Source of the DNA: Candidatus Tenderia sp.
GTDB lineage: Bacteria > Pseudomonadota > Gammaproteobacteria > Tenderiales > Tenderiaceae
Length of the DNA stretch: 64,000 bases
Assembly: GCA_031416075.1 (NCBI GenBank)
Contig: JANOSY010000045.1
Location: 32,001 to 96,000, forward strand
Direction: 5' to 3'
Shown: in pieces, positions 40,596 through 50,800 of the stretch
Position numbering within the stretch: the stretch's first letter is position 1
Layout of the letters: each line of letters begins with the position of its first letter
Notes under the pieces: model-generated
What the model was told of the DNA's origin: nothing
Databases searched by the model: none
Seen by the model: only the letters and a program-made list of their open reading frames with translations
Position numbers and translations under genes: made by a program

Positions 40596-42344
40596 TTAAC
40601 TCCCGTGATGTTCAGCAATTTTGCCGATGAACTCATCGACAAAGACCTGCATCTCGGCAATAGAATCACGCACACGCGCACCGAGATAGTTGTAACCAAA
40701 CAGCGCCGGGATGGCAACGACCAGACCGGCAACCGTAGCTACCAGCGCAGCGGCGATGCCGGGGGCGATGGCATTGATGTTGATATCACCACTGGCGGCG
40801 ATGGCGGCGAAGGTGATCATGACCCCCACCACCGTACCGAGCAGACCGAGGAACGGGCCACCACTGACGGCGATGGTCAGCAACACCATCTGGGCATTGA
40901 GCTTCTGGCACTCACGCACCAGGGTGGCATCCAGTGCTGCACGGATCGCAACGACCGCCTGCGGCGAGAGACTATTGGCGCTGGCGCCAACCGAACGGCC
41001 GACACGCTGATTCAACTCCTGAATCCCGGTGTGATAGATGTGATAGAGCGGTGAACTCTGATAGTGATCATGCTTGCCAAACAGCGCCATCAGGAACGGT
41101 GTGTTCTCCAGCTGCTGGTCAGCATCACTGACGCTACTGTCGAGCGCACCGGGATTGTCGAGCCCGAGTTTGCGAAAATCCTTAATAAAATTCCGATTGT
41201 CGCGGCCCACACGGCTCAGCAGGAAACCCTTGCCGATCATGATCAGCCAGCTGATCACCGCCATGATCATCAATATGCCGATCACCACCCAGCCATCGAA
41301 CGTCACGTTCTGCAGAATCACGCCGAAGTAGGAGGCACTCTCCTCGCCATCCGCACTCTCCTGCGCCTCATCTTCGCCCAGCGTCAGCAAGGTAGCGGCA
41401 GAGCCCTGACCGGCGGCCGCAAAACGCAACCACTCGGCGCTGCGCACAGTGGCCGCCACCTGCACCTCATCCATCTCGCCCTTGAAGCCCGAACCGATGA
41501 TCAATGGCTCATTCAGCGGCGCAAGGTTAGCAGCGATGCTGCCAGATTCCAGACCATCCACATAGAGCACCACACGGCCAGCAGCGGCAGTCACTGCGAG
41601 ATGGTGCCAGCTGCCCGGCACAAGCTCTGTTGCAACTGCGCTTTTTGTAGCGCCGTAACTGACATAAGGTGATGCGCCATCAATACCTAATTTCAAAGCA
41701 GAGCCAAGCTGCATGACATTGGCTTTGCTCTGCGCGCCATCAAGCTTCACCCAGCTGGAGAAACTCCACCCCTTGGCCGGATCGAGCGCCAGCGTGGCAC
41801 TGGGGCCAGCCTGAATCAGACTGCTGCCATCGAATTTAGCACCGGCACCGATCAGCGCCGTCACCGGCTGCGCCGTAAACTGTTGCGGCTGATTGGCATA
41901 AGCAGTGGCATCAACAGGCGTGCCCTGCGGCTCGAAGTGATAGACCAGCGCCTGCTGCGCATCGTAACTGCCCGCCACATCAGCAGCAGAGGCAGCCGCC
42001 TTCGGATTGCCGTAATAGAGCCACAACGTATCGCCTTTTTTAGCACTGGGCAGCTGCACCCAGAGCATCGCCATCTGGTTGGCAACATCAAATTTTTCGA
42101 TATGGAATTTTAGCTCGCTCTTGTCATCCCCAGCAACAAGACGCAGATCAGAACCATCAGGCTTCACATCGGAGAAGTAAGTGAAGTTGCCGGTGTGCAG
42201 ACGCACCAGCAACGGCGCCGCCTGAACCTCATCGGTGGTGTTGATCGTCAACTTCTTACGATACTGCCACTCCTCATTCCACCAGGCCTGAGAGACAGCA
42301 GGCAGCAACATCAGTGCTGCTGCAAACAATGCGCGAATATTCAT
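40596..42344 (-). CDS. exbB: ExbB/MotA proton-channel protein with N-terminal DUF2341 and LamG-like domains
   Basis: WWNEEWQYRKK...DGSDLR...LYYGN (DUF2341); WHHLAVT...LYVDG...FKGEMDE (LamG); GPFLGLLGTVVG...ALVATVAGL (ExbB). Confidence 0.9.
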   Translation of the reverse strand: MNIRALFAAALMLLPAVSQAWWNEEWQYRKKLTINTTDEVQAAPLLVRLHTGNFTYFSDVKPDGSDLRLVAGDDKSELKFHIEKFDVANQMAMLWVQLPSAKKGDTLWLYYGNPKAAASAADVAGSYDAQQALVYHFEPQGTPVDATAYANQPQQFTAQPVTALIGAGAKFDGSSLIQAGPSATLALDPAKGWSFSSWVKLDGAQSKANVMQLGSALKLGIDGASPYVSYGATKSAVATELVPGSWHHLAVTAAAGRVVLYVDGLESGSIAANLAPLNEPLIIGSGFKGEMDEVQVAATVRSAEWLRFAAAGQGSAATLLTLGEDEAQESADGEESASYFGVILQNVTFDGWVVIGILMIMAVISWLIMIGKGFLLSRVGRDNRNFIKDFRKLGLDNPGALDSSVSDADQQLENTPFLMALFGKHDHYQSSPLYHIYHTGIQELNQRVGRSVGASANSLSPQAVVAIRAALDATLVRECQKLNAQMVLLTIAVSGGPFLGLLGTVVGVMITFAAIAASGDININAIAPGIAAALVATVAGLVVAIPALFGYNYLGARVRDSIAEMQVFVDEFIGKIAEHHGS

Positions 42345-42380
42345 GTCAGTGATCTTTCCGGGGTTAACTGAAACGCGGCC

Positions 42381-42414
42381 ATTGTGCCTGCCCTATATTT
42401 CATCCCGGTTACGG
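42381..42414 (-). promoter_or_regulatory. PhoB/OmpR-type box (weaker) plus -10 for the exbB operon
   Basis: CCGTAAC-CGGG-ATGAAAT, 10 bp, CACAAT. Confidence 0.4.
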
Positions 42415-42633
42415 AATGGGACATTATTTGCTGTTTTTTATTACAAAAATGAGTTTTTTGATTTGGTGGTTATCAGATGGATAAGACCGGAGAGCTGTCG
42501 TTGGATTAATCCTTTACCAGATTCGTTATAATTCTTGGATTCAACCAATAAGTGCATAACTTGAACAGAGCAGAAGAAAAGGTCAGTCACCTGTAATCTG
42601 ATCGTTTTTTCTCCGGCAAGAGATGCGACGAAT

Positions 42634-43627
42634 ATGAGCTACGAGCAACTGACCTACGAACAACGATGTCAGAGAGCCTGCCCCACGAAGTGCCTTGGGT
42701 ATTTATGTGCTAAAGAAAAGCGATATGAGTCAACAATATATTGCTGACACTATTGGTGTTAGTCAGCCAACAATTAGTCGAGAGCTCAGACGCAATACTG
42801 GTGATCGCGGCTATCGTTTCAAACAAGCCCAAAAAATGAGCGAAGACCGCCGAATGCAAGCGATTAAGGCCCTCAAAATTACGCCTGAGATGATTCATCT
42901 TGTTGAATCAAAACTGCGGCTGGAGTGGAGTCCAGAACAAATATCGGGTTGGCTGCTGGAAGAGCGGGAAAAAATGCTTAGCCACGAAACAATTTACTTG
43001 CATATCTGGGCAGACAAGGCCTCTGGTGGCGACTTGTTTAGCTTGCTTCGCCGCAAAGGCAAAGCCTACCAGCCCCGCAGTAAAGACCAGGCAGGACGCG
43101 GCCATATAAAGAATCGCGTCAGCATTGATGAGCGCCCAACAATTGTTGATGGAACGGGGCGTGTGGGTGATTGGGAGATCGATTTTGTGATTGGTAAAGG
43201 TCACAGTGGCGCTCTGGTGACCATTGTTGAGCGTGTAACAAGTTTCACCGTATCAAGGCGCATTAATGATAAATCAGCACATACGGTGACCATGGCAACG
43301 ATCGCCTTGTTAACGCCCTTCAAAGACATGGTATTAACCATCACCGCCGATAATGGCAAAGAGTTCGCATACCATGAGCTGATAACTCAGGCGCTGGGTG
43401 CACAGGTCTACTTCGCCGACCCTTACAGTTATTGGCAGCGTGGATTGAATGAAAACACCAATGGCCTTTTACGACAATACTGGCCGAAAAGCACGGGCTT
43501 CAAAAAAGTCTCGGCGAATGATGTGTCTGCGGTTATCATTGAACTTAACGATTGGCCAAGAAAAAAACTAGGGTATAAAACGCCGGCTAAATTAGTGGCT
43601 GAACATATGGCTGCAATTGCAGCTTAG
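42634..43627 (+). pseudogene. IS30 transposase frameshifted by a 28-bp insertion
   Basis: MSYEQLTYEQRCQ|IYVLKK is continuous once 42673-42700 is removed. TISRELRRN, WSPEQI, WEID, DNGKEF and NENTNGLLRQY motifs present. Confidence 0.85.
42673..42700 (+). repeat. 28-bp micro-element copy
   Basis: AGAGCCTGCCCCACGAAGTGCCTTGGGT. Confidence 0.85.
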
Positions 43628-43683
43628 GTGGTTATGCACTTCGGGGTTGAATCTGCCATTTAATTCAATACCCCGACATGCGC

Positions 43684-44112
43684 TTAACGTAGCTCGACAT
43701 TTTTTATTACGCCATAGGAGACACTGCCACCGTTACTGGATACGACATCGTCACTACGAATAAATAGTTTTCCTTTTGAAAAATAGGCCATCATGATCAT
43801 TGCGGCGTATTTAGAGCTGATACCCACGCCCTCTACACCGGGCAAGATCAGTGCTGTGGGTTGGGTCACGTTTAATAGTCCGTATTGCATCGACCTGGTC
43901 GGCGAACAACCACTATTTTCGTCAACAGTGATACGCATCATTTTCGTTTTTGGCAACGCTGACGAATAGATGCCGGTACTATTATCGAGAAGTTCCGGGG
44001 AAGGCGGCGTGGCAAGCATACACTCAACTGCAAATAGCTTGCTAGACAACAGACTAAGCACGGCAATAGCGGCTATATTTAAACAAACATTCTTTTCATT
44101 TTTTTTCATCAT
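43684..44112 (-). CDS. Small secreted hypothetical protein
   Basis: Signal peptide, Cys pair, YAAMIMMAYFSKGKLFI helix-strand motif. Confidence 0.6.
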   Translation of the reverse strand: MMKKNEKNVCLNIAAIAVLSLLSSKLFAVECMLATPPSPELLDNSTGIYSSALPKTKMMRITVDENSGCSPTRSMQYGLLNVTQPTALILPGVEGVGISSKYAAMIMMAYFSKGKLFIRSDDVVSSNGGSVSYGVIKNVELR

Positions 44113-44135
44113 GGCATCCTAATCATGGCGTTTTC

Positions 44136-44621
44136 TTACTTCAATACGACTCGATTTATTAAAGTTTGCCCCAAGTAGCCGTAGCTTTCAATTGATTCGG
44201 ATGCTTCACCAGAAACGGTTATGGGCTGTTTTAAAACCACGGCCGTCATTATCATATCGTACAACTTATCGGCAAAAGAGCCCTTTTGATCGACACCCGT
44301 TAGGTACATGCTGCTGTAACCGGAAAAAACCAGCGGCCCACCAGTTCCTGTTCCGTACACCGTAGCCGTTCCACCCATCAGCGTACATACTTTATCTTCC
44401 TTCGCAATAACGATTTTCATAAACATGGATATTGGAGCTTCTGTATCCTGCCCGTTGCGGTTATCCACAACGTGAATTCTAGACGCTGGATAAGTCTCAA
44501 AATTCAAGTCACAAGTCATTACACCACTACTACCCGCACCCGCATGCGCTGAACCTAAAACAAGCGCGCAGCCACAGCCGACAAGCAGTTTAATAATTCT
44601 ATGCATCTTATTAGCAATCAT
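44136..44621 (-). CDS. Small secreted hypothetical protein
   Basis: Signal peptide (SAHA), Cys pair, LYDMIMTAVVLKQPITV motif similar to its neighbour. Confidence 0.6.
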   Translation of the reverse strand: MIANKMHRIIKLLVGCGCALVLGSAHAGAGSSGVMTCDLNFETYPASRIHVVDNRNGQDTEAPISMFMKIVIAKEDKVCTLMGGTATVYGTGTGGPLVFSGYSSMYLTGVDQKGSFADKLYDMIMTAVVLKQPITVSGEASESIESYGYLGQTLINRVVLK

Positions 44622-44669
44622 TGGCTCCGTCCTATATTAATATGATTAATAATCTACTCTCTGCCACCG

Positions 44670-47522
44670 CTACCATTCGAGGAATGGCTGCATCGCTCTA
44701 TAAGTATTCTGGTAATTTTTAATTAACGGGTCTAAATTTAGCGCGATTTCACGATCATCACTGATGAGGTCTCCATCGGTATCTTTATTGGTGGACGATG
44801 TTCCTCTGCTCGCTTCATAAATATCGCTAAGCGTATCATTGTCATCGTCTGTATCTGTGTTATTACCGACACCGTCTTCATCGCTATCCAGCCATTCGCT
44901 TTTGTTGCGCGGAAATGGGTCGACAGCGTCGTTATAGCCGTCACTGTCATCGTCGCTGTCGCATGGATTTACTAATCCATCACTATCGGTGTCAGTCCAA
45001 TCATCGAGATTGGCTGGCGGCAAGTCTGCCGGGAAATTGGCAATATTGCATCCAGTCCAATTTCTCAGCGTTAAAAAATCTTGGAAATTTTGTGAACGAC
45101 CCGTGGCTACTTGAGTGCTGATCACTCTCAATCTCATCAAGAGATTACCTCGCGGCAATGTGTTTCCGTCTAAAGTACCTAAGTTCTGTTCTCTGGCTCC
45201 ACCAGCGCCAGAAAACAGTCTTATCCAGCTATTGGCTCTATCACATACAAAAAAGTCGCCACTTTCGGTACAGTAGTCGATATCGTATGTGGTTGATACA
45301 GAACTGGGGGCGCTTCCATTGACTGCACTGCCTGACAAGGTAAAACTCCCCTCAAAACGATTTGCGGAATCGTTAGGATAGTTAAACATAACAGCCACCG
45401 GCGAATAGAGCGGATCGCCATAGAAAATTCCGCTGTTGTGTTGCTCAGCAAACCAAACCGCATCGCCCAACGGCAGGCCCCGCATAAAATAGATTAGTGT
45501 CTCAAGCGGGTGTGAAGCAAAGGAGTGGCCACCCGACTCATGGTGGGAATCACTACCCCAGAATGCCGTGCCATTTAGCCGGTTAAGAAAATTCGCGGCG
45601 TAATCTCCTGGGCTGACCATTTCGTGTCCTTCGGTAAAACTGCTGTTTTTAACCAACTCATGCCCCTGGCCGACCTGTTTCAAACTGATATCGTCAAACC
45701 CAACATCCCCTTCGTAGGTGCCAGTACTGCTAATAACAAGATAGAGGGCGTTATAGGGCATCTCCTCGTTATCCGCCGGAGGCGTTAAGGTAAACAAGAG
45801 TTCACCACTATCAGCCCATTCAAGGCTCTCTGAAATTTGTGGTGTCACGGTAACCGGTCCAAAAATTACTGTTTTGTCGGTATTGTTTTTATCAATAGCC
45901 TGCAGTACCACTTGAATCGCCGAACTCTTAGTCACCTGCTCAGCGCGCCACCACAACCTTGCTTTAAACTGTTGAGGTTGTGAACTACTTAGCAGCTGTG
46001 TTTGCGGCAAACCTACGTACTGCATGAAATTGATTCTTTTCTCTTTGTCACATGGACTCGCCGCTGGCCATGTCAGTTCACTACTCACTGCATAACAGTT
46101 GGCTGAGAAACGCGCATCGCTATTACGAAACCAGAGACTCATTGTGTCACTATGGCCTATATCCGTTCTCACATCGGGCAGAGCTAAGTTTTGCAACTGT
46201 ACCTGATGTGTTTTCCAATCTGTTGGCCAGATCTGAAAGAGCGAAACGGGGAATGATTGGTGATTGTAGCCAATAAAACCATTAGCCACACCTGCGCAAC
46301 GGGTATCGATCTCTTTCATAATATCAACCGATTCTGCACGGCAAACATCGGGATCAGGCGCCAGCTTACAGAGGGGCGTTGAACCCACGTAACAGCTGTC
46401 ATTTTTACGCCAATTTAAAAAAGCTGAGAAATAGCCAATCGTCGCATGGCCATCAAGATGCCCAAAATAAGCTAATGCATCATTGACTTTTGGCTGGCGT
46501 GAGGTACTGATTCCAGGAGGTGCATCGCTTTGCATATCTTCGCCGATACTAAGCTGTACAGTACATTGTGGGGGTGTTTTTCCCGTGCTTTCTGACATGC
46601 GCAGATAGTGGGTCGAATTACTATAGTCAGCGCACGCACTGTCACTCTCAGCAAAAAGACCAAACTGGTAACGCCACGGGTCATGATTAAAGGAATTATT
46701 TTTTCGTAAAAGTGCCCCCTCTTTTCCTGTATAAATTTCTACGTATGAATCGGGGGAACTCTCCCTGCTATAGTCTTTCCAATTCATACCGGCGGTATGA
46801 CTGATCAATTTACCAAAGAGACCCGACTGCTCAGCATCAATGGCGCGATCCACCAGTGCGTTTGCTGCCTCAGCGCTTAAGCCATCGATTCGTCCAATGA
46901 TAAACTCACGATCAGTGGCTGAATCGGTAAGGCGCATACCTCGACCATCCGCAAAGGCTTTAGCTCGATTTAGCCGTAATAAATCAAATTTAGTATCCCT
47001 ATCGAAATAGTTAAGTGTCCAATATCTCAGGTAGTTGTCTACCGATGTCGGCGCCCATGCATCCATTAGTCCGCTATTGTCGACCACCATCCGCGTGGGT
47101 ATTCCCTTGGTTGTGACTAAATAGCGGATATCGGTGTATGCGCGAATCTGATCCATCGACTCAGGACAATAATATGCAGAGGCATAACCCGCGCAGGAGG
47201 CAACCGAGATCCCTGGATGAGCGGTGGTAATACGCTGCTGCAAGAAGCGAATAACCTGATCACGAAACAGAGTGAATTGCGTCCAACTAATAAAGTATTC
47301 TGGCGGCACGTTGACATGCACGATGTTGTTTCTGCCGATACCTCGTCGCTCGGCGTAGTGCAAACCGACACTGCACGAATCTTTGGAATTGTCGTTGACG
47401 ATAATCAACACATCATCGCGCACGCCATTGGTTGACAAAAACTGATCACAAGCGAAGCTGGATACACTATAAAAAATACTCGCAATGAACCAACTGCCTA
47501 ATGCAATGAGATGGCGTCGCAT
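44670..47522 (-). CDS. TIGR03790-like secreted protein with C-terminal thrombospondin type-3-like repeats
   Basis: VLIIVNDNSKDSCSVGLHYAERRGI, YLVTTKGIP, SVD, GRIDG...ALVDRA, YGDPLYSP; DTDSDG/DSDEDG/DTDGD Ca-binding repeats. Confidence 0.75.
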   Translation of the reverse strand: MRRHLIALGSWFIASIFYSVSSFACDQFLSTNGVRDDVLIIVNDNSKDSCSVGLHYAERRGIGRNNIVHVNVPPEYFISWTQFTLFRDQVIRFLQQRITTAHPGISVASCAGYASAYYCPESMDQIRAYTDIRYLVTTKGIPTRMVVDNSGLMDAWAPTSVDNYLRYWTLNYFDRDTKFDLLRLNRAKAFADGRGMRLTDSATDREFIIGRIDGLSAEAANALVDRAIDAEQSGLFGKLISHTAGMNWKDYSRESSPDSYVEIYTGKEGALLRKNNSFNHDPWRYQFGLFAESDSACADYSNSTHYLRMSESTGKTPPQCTVQLSIGEDMQSDAPPGISTSRQPKVNDALAYFGHLDGHATIGYFSAFLNWRKNDSCYVGSTPLCKLAPDPDVCRAESVDIMKEIDTRCAGVANGFIGYNHQSFPVSLFQIWPTDWKTHQVQLQNLALPDVRTDIGHSDTMSLWFRNSDARFSANCYAVSSELTWPAASPCDKEKRINFMQYVGLPQTQLLSSSQPQQFKARLWWRAEQVTKSSAIQVVLQAIDKNNTDKTVIFGPVTVTPQISESLEWADSGELLFTLTPPADNEEMPYNALYLVISSTGTYEGDVGFDDISLKQVGQGHELVKNSSFTEGHEMVSPGDYAANFLNRLNGTAFWGSDSHHESGGHSFASHPLETLIYFMRGLPLGDAVWFAEQHNSGIFYGDPLYSPVAVMFNYPNDSANRFEGSFTLSGSAVNGSAPSSVSTTYDIDYCTESGDFFVCDRANSWIRLFSGAGGAREQNLGTLDGNTLPRGNLLMRLRVISTQVATGRSQNFQDFLTLRNWTGCNIANFPADLPPANLDDWTDTDSDGLVNPCDSDDDSDGYNDAVDPFPRNKSEWLDSDEDGVGNNTDTDDDNDTLSDIYEASRGTSSTNKDTDGDLISDDREIALNLDPLIKNYQNTYRAMQPFLEW

Positions 47523-47814
47523 ATAATCTCCAGTGCGTATTTTTACGAATACGCAGGATTATGCCCACGTATTATTACTGGAGGAATACACCTATATTAA
47601 ACAAATCCATTCGCGAACCCGGCGGCTTGTTGGGAAATCACCTCATTAGGACCAAAGCGATGGACTGGTTAAAAACGATAGCACACTAAAAATACTCGCC
47701 ACCTTTCATCGTAATGAGGAAACAGAAAAGTAGAACACATAGCATTTCATGAGCCGTATCTTGCAGTGTCCTCCGGCATGACCGGGGTTGGACTCTCTCA
47801 AAATAGCTTGCTCC

Positions 47815-50800
47815 CTATTGAGCATGTGTAGTCGCCACACGACCCGCAGGTTTTTCACCCTCTGCCGCCTTGGGTAATACGTCGTCACTTTCCTTTGCCA
47901 AACGGCTGCCTTTGCCCTGTTCTCTCGACTTCTTGTTTTCATCATCCCCTGCAGCGACATCACTGGGTGACATAGCGCCAGCAACACCCGCAGTTGAGGC
48001 CCCGCCAAATCCGAGCACCTCTACCTCCAGGAATGCCAGTGCCGAATCTGCTAATGGTGTGGTGGACTTGGCAGCCGCAGCCAGATCTTCGCCACCACTG
48101 CTCGCGTTGCTGGCAGAATTACCCGCGTTAGCCAATCCAGCCGGGACACTTGGCGGCTCAATGCTCGGAACACCGACCGACTCACCGCCAGCGCTGATAT
48201 TTCCTGCACCCAATACCGCTGTAGCTGCAACCACCAGCGCTCCTGCAGAATCGATCCCAGCATCACTGGCATTCACGACACCGCGAGGTGCGGCCAGCGT
48301 GGTGCTACCGGGCTCCCTACCCTTGGTACTGACGGCAGTCCGGATACCACTGCCAGCAATTGCCGCCGGGAACTCCAGCTTCATTTTGCCCGTTTCGTCA
48401 AAAGTGATAATCGGTGGTGGTGCTGCAATCGCCGACTTGGCGCCACGACCGGCATCGATGTTGCCATGCTGAGACCAGATAACGATATCGCCACCATCCA
48501 GAGCGAAGACACGCGACTGATTCACCAACATGTCCTTGTCGAGATAGATGTTCACATCACCCGACCGTTGCGCCACGATTCCAAGTTCGCTGGGCTCTTT
48601 GTGGAATCCATTGGTGGCCGCCAAACCGGCATTAATCAACCCCCCTGGCACCACCATATTGATATCGCCGCCATCGACCGTGTGAATGCGACTGAAGTAG
48701 AGGCGGACATCGCCTTTATACATACCATCGCCAAACAGTGTCGCAATGGCGTCATAGCCACGTTGATAACCGGCGCCATTGCCGCCGGTTGCCGCCTCAC
48801 GCGCCGACTGACTCAGCCCACCGTAAAAATGCATCAAGGCAATTTTGCGTTGCGCCTCCTGTGATAGAGAATCCAATGCAGCAAATACATTATTATCACT
48901 TATCTCCTGATTGCCGGTCACTCTCCGCATGGCCGTAGCGACCTCGGATCGTGAGTTCCCATCCAATTGAGCATAATGGGTCAGATAAGCCACATAATCC
49001 AACGCCTTGCTTATGCCCGCTTCGACCGTAACATTGGCGCCGGTTTCGGTGAGCAAGAGATTGCGTGTATTACCAATCGCCACGACCCCTTCTGAGGTAC
49101 CCAGATCGACATCACGGCCAGCCACCAAGTTCAACTCGCCTGGGCCGGCCAGTTCAATACCAGCGCTAGCATTGGTAATCAATGAACCATCGGCATCACG
49201 ACGGCTACTAAACATGATGTCGCGTCCAGCCTGTAACAATGTCACATCTTCGTCTGTCAAATTCTGAAGGTGTAACTGAAGGTCACGAATATCCTGGCCT
49301 GCCACGATGCTTGCCTGCTTAGGCAACTCAAAGATCAAAATGGACTGCCCGCCACCCGCCGATTCTATGCTGCCCTTACGAGCTACAATATTTACAGGTG
49401 CACCATCATCCTTGTGTGCCAACACAGATGATGAGCCATCCAGACGTGTTGCTGCATCAGCAAAGGTCTTGGCAGGGTTGGCGATGCTGGGCAACAGTTC
49501 CAGATCCGTGTCGCTCATCTTGATAGCGACTGCTTCGTTCGTCTCCGTCTTTATATCTTCATCTGCCAACAAAGAGAGACTGCCATGGGGTGACGGGAAC
49601 AACTTAAAGGATTTGTCGATATATATACTGCCACGCAATGCCGAGACTTCCAGATCGCCAGGATAAACCGTAACTGCTGTGGACTCATCTCCCTGGAAAC
49701 TGATGCCTGGATAACCATCTGTCAGCGCACTGGTTTCATTGCGCAAAGTGATGTCTCCCGCCAGGCTGTCAAGTTTTATGCCGCTGTCGGGGCCATAGGT
49801 AAAGAAAAATGACTGTAACTGACCTCGGCTTTGTGCTTGTTTGCTACTCGGTGGCAAAGCTGTTGGATTGAGAACTGTTTCTATATTCATACCATTTCTT
49901 GCAAGAACATCATAACGGCCTCTCCCGAGCGCCAGTATCGCACCCACGCCACTATCATCCAGATTCAGCGCCCCCCCGCTACGGAGCCTCCCGGCACCAC
50001 CGTCCACATAAAACGTACCGCCATTGATATCCCCACCAGCCTTGACATTCAAATTACCGCCGCCCAGGAACCGGACTTCGTTATCGAGAAAACCAGCGCT
50101 AAAACTACCATTGGCAGGCGTTCCCTGCGGTTGCCCGGTACCCGGTGCCACCACCGATAACTGCTTGATACTTCCCCCGGCATCAATGGTGACATCGCCT
50201 CCACCAAAGGCGGCTATATTTTGCTTGAACATATCGTTATTTGACTTATCTTTGAAGTTCACGCTCCAGGCTGTTGGGAGATTTCCATCACTGCCAAAAT
50301 TCCCCATGCGGAATAACCAGTCATTAATAAACTGGGTTGAGTCGGCACTTAAAATGTCGCCCGCTATCTGGAGATTCACCTCGCCACCGCGAACGGGATA
50401 GACCCCCGTAAAGATACCCGGCACCCAGGAGAGGGGTAAGGTACCGTAGCCGCCTGATTGTCCAGCACTGAAAATTGAGCTTCCCTCACCACTGAAATTC
50501 AGAACTCCACCACTTGCCACGGAGATATTTCCAGACCCCGTGCGAACCTGTACGCCTTCTGCCAGGACAACACCACCCTCACCCTTAACCACAGCCCCCA
50601 TATCAGCACTGCCCAGATCAGAACCGCCGGTCAACTGATAGGACCAGGAAGCACTATCGAGCAACCGGCCGTTTACCGAATTATTCTTTACAGGCCCCGA
50701 TCCATTGCTTGCAGTAGCCCGGATGATCCCGGTCTCGATACCATCGCTCAGACCAGCATCAAAATTTAATTTTCCGGCTGCGCGTAGCATCAACATGCCG

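Larger units (their letters stand above)
42534..43657 (+). mobile_element. IS30-family insertion sequence
   Basis: Imperfect 27-bp IRs: CTTGGATTCAACCAATAAGTGCATAAC and (rc) GGCAGATTCAACCCCGAAGTGCATAAC. ATT flanks both ends (42531-33, 43658-60). Confidence 0.9.

Noticed and set aside
47706-48472. Small ORFs after tpsA as CdiI-like immunity genes
   Set aside because: They overlap tpsA in other frames or strands, and tpsA lacks a CdiA-CT delimiter.
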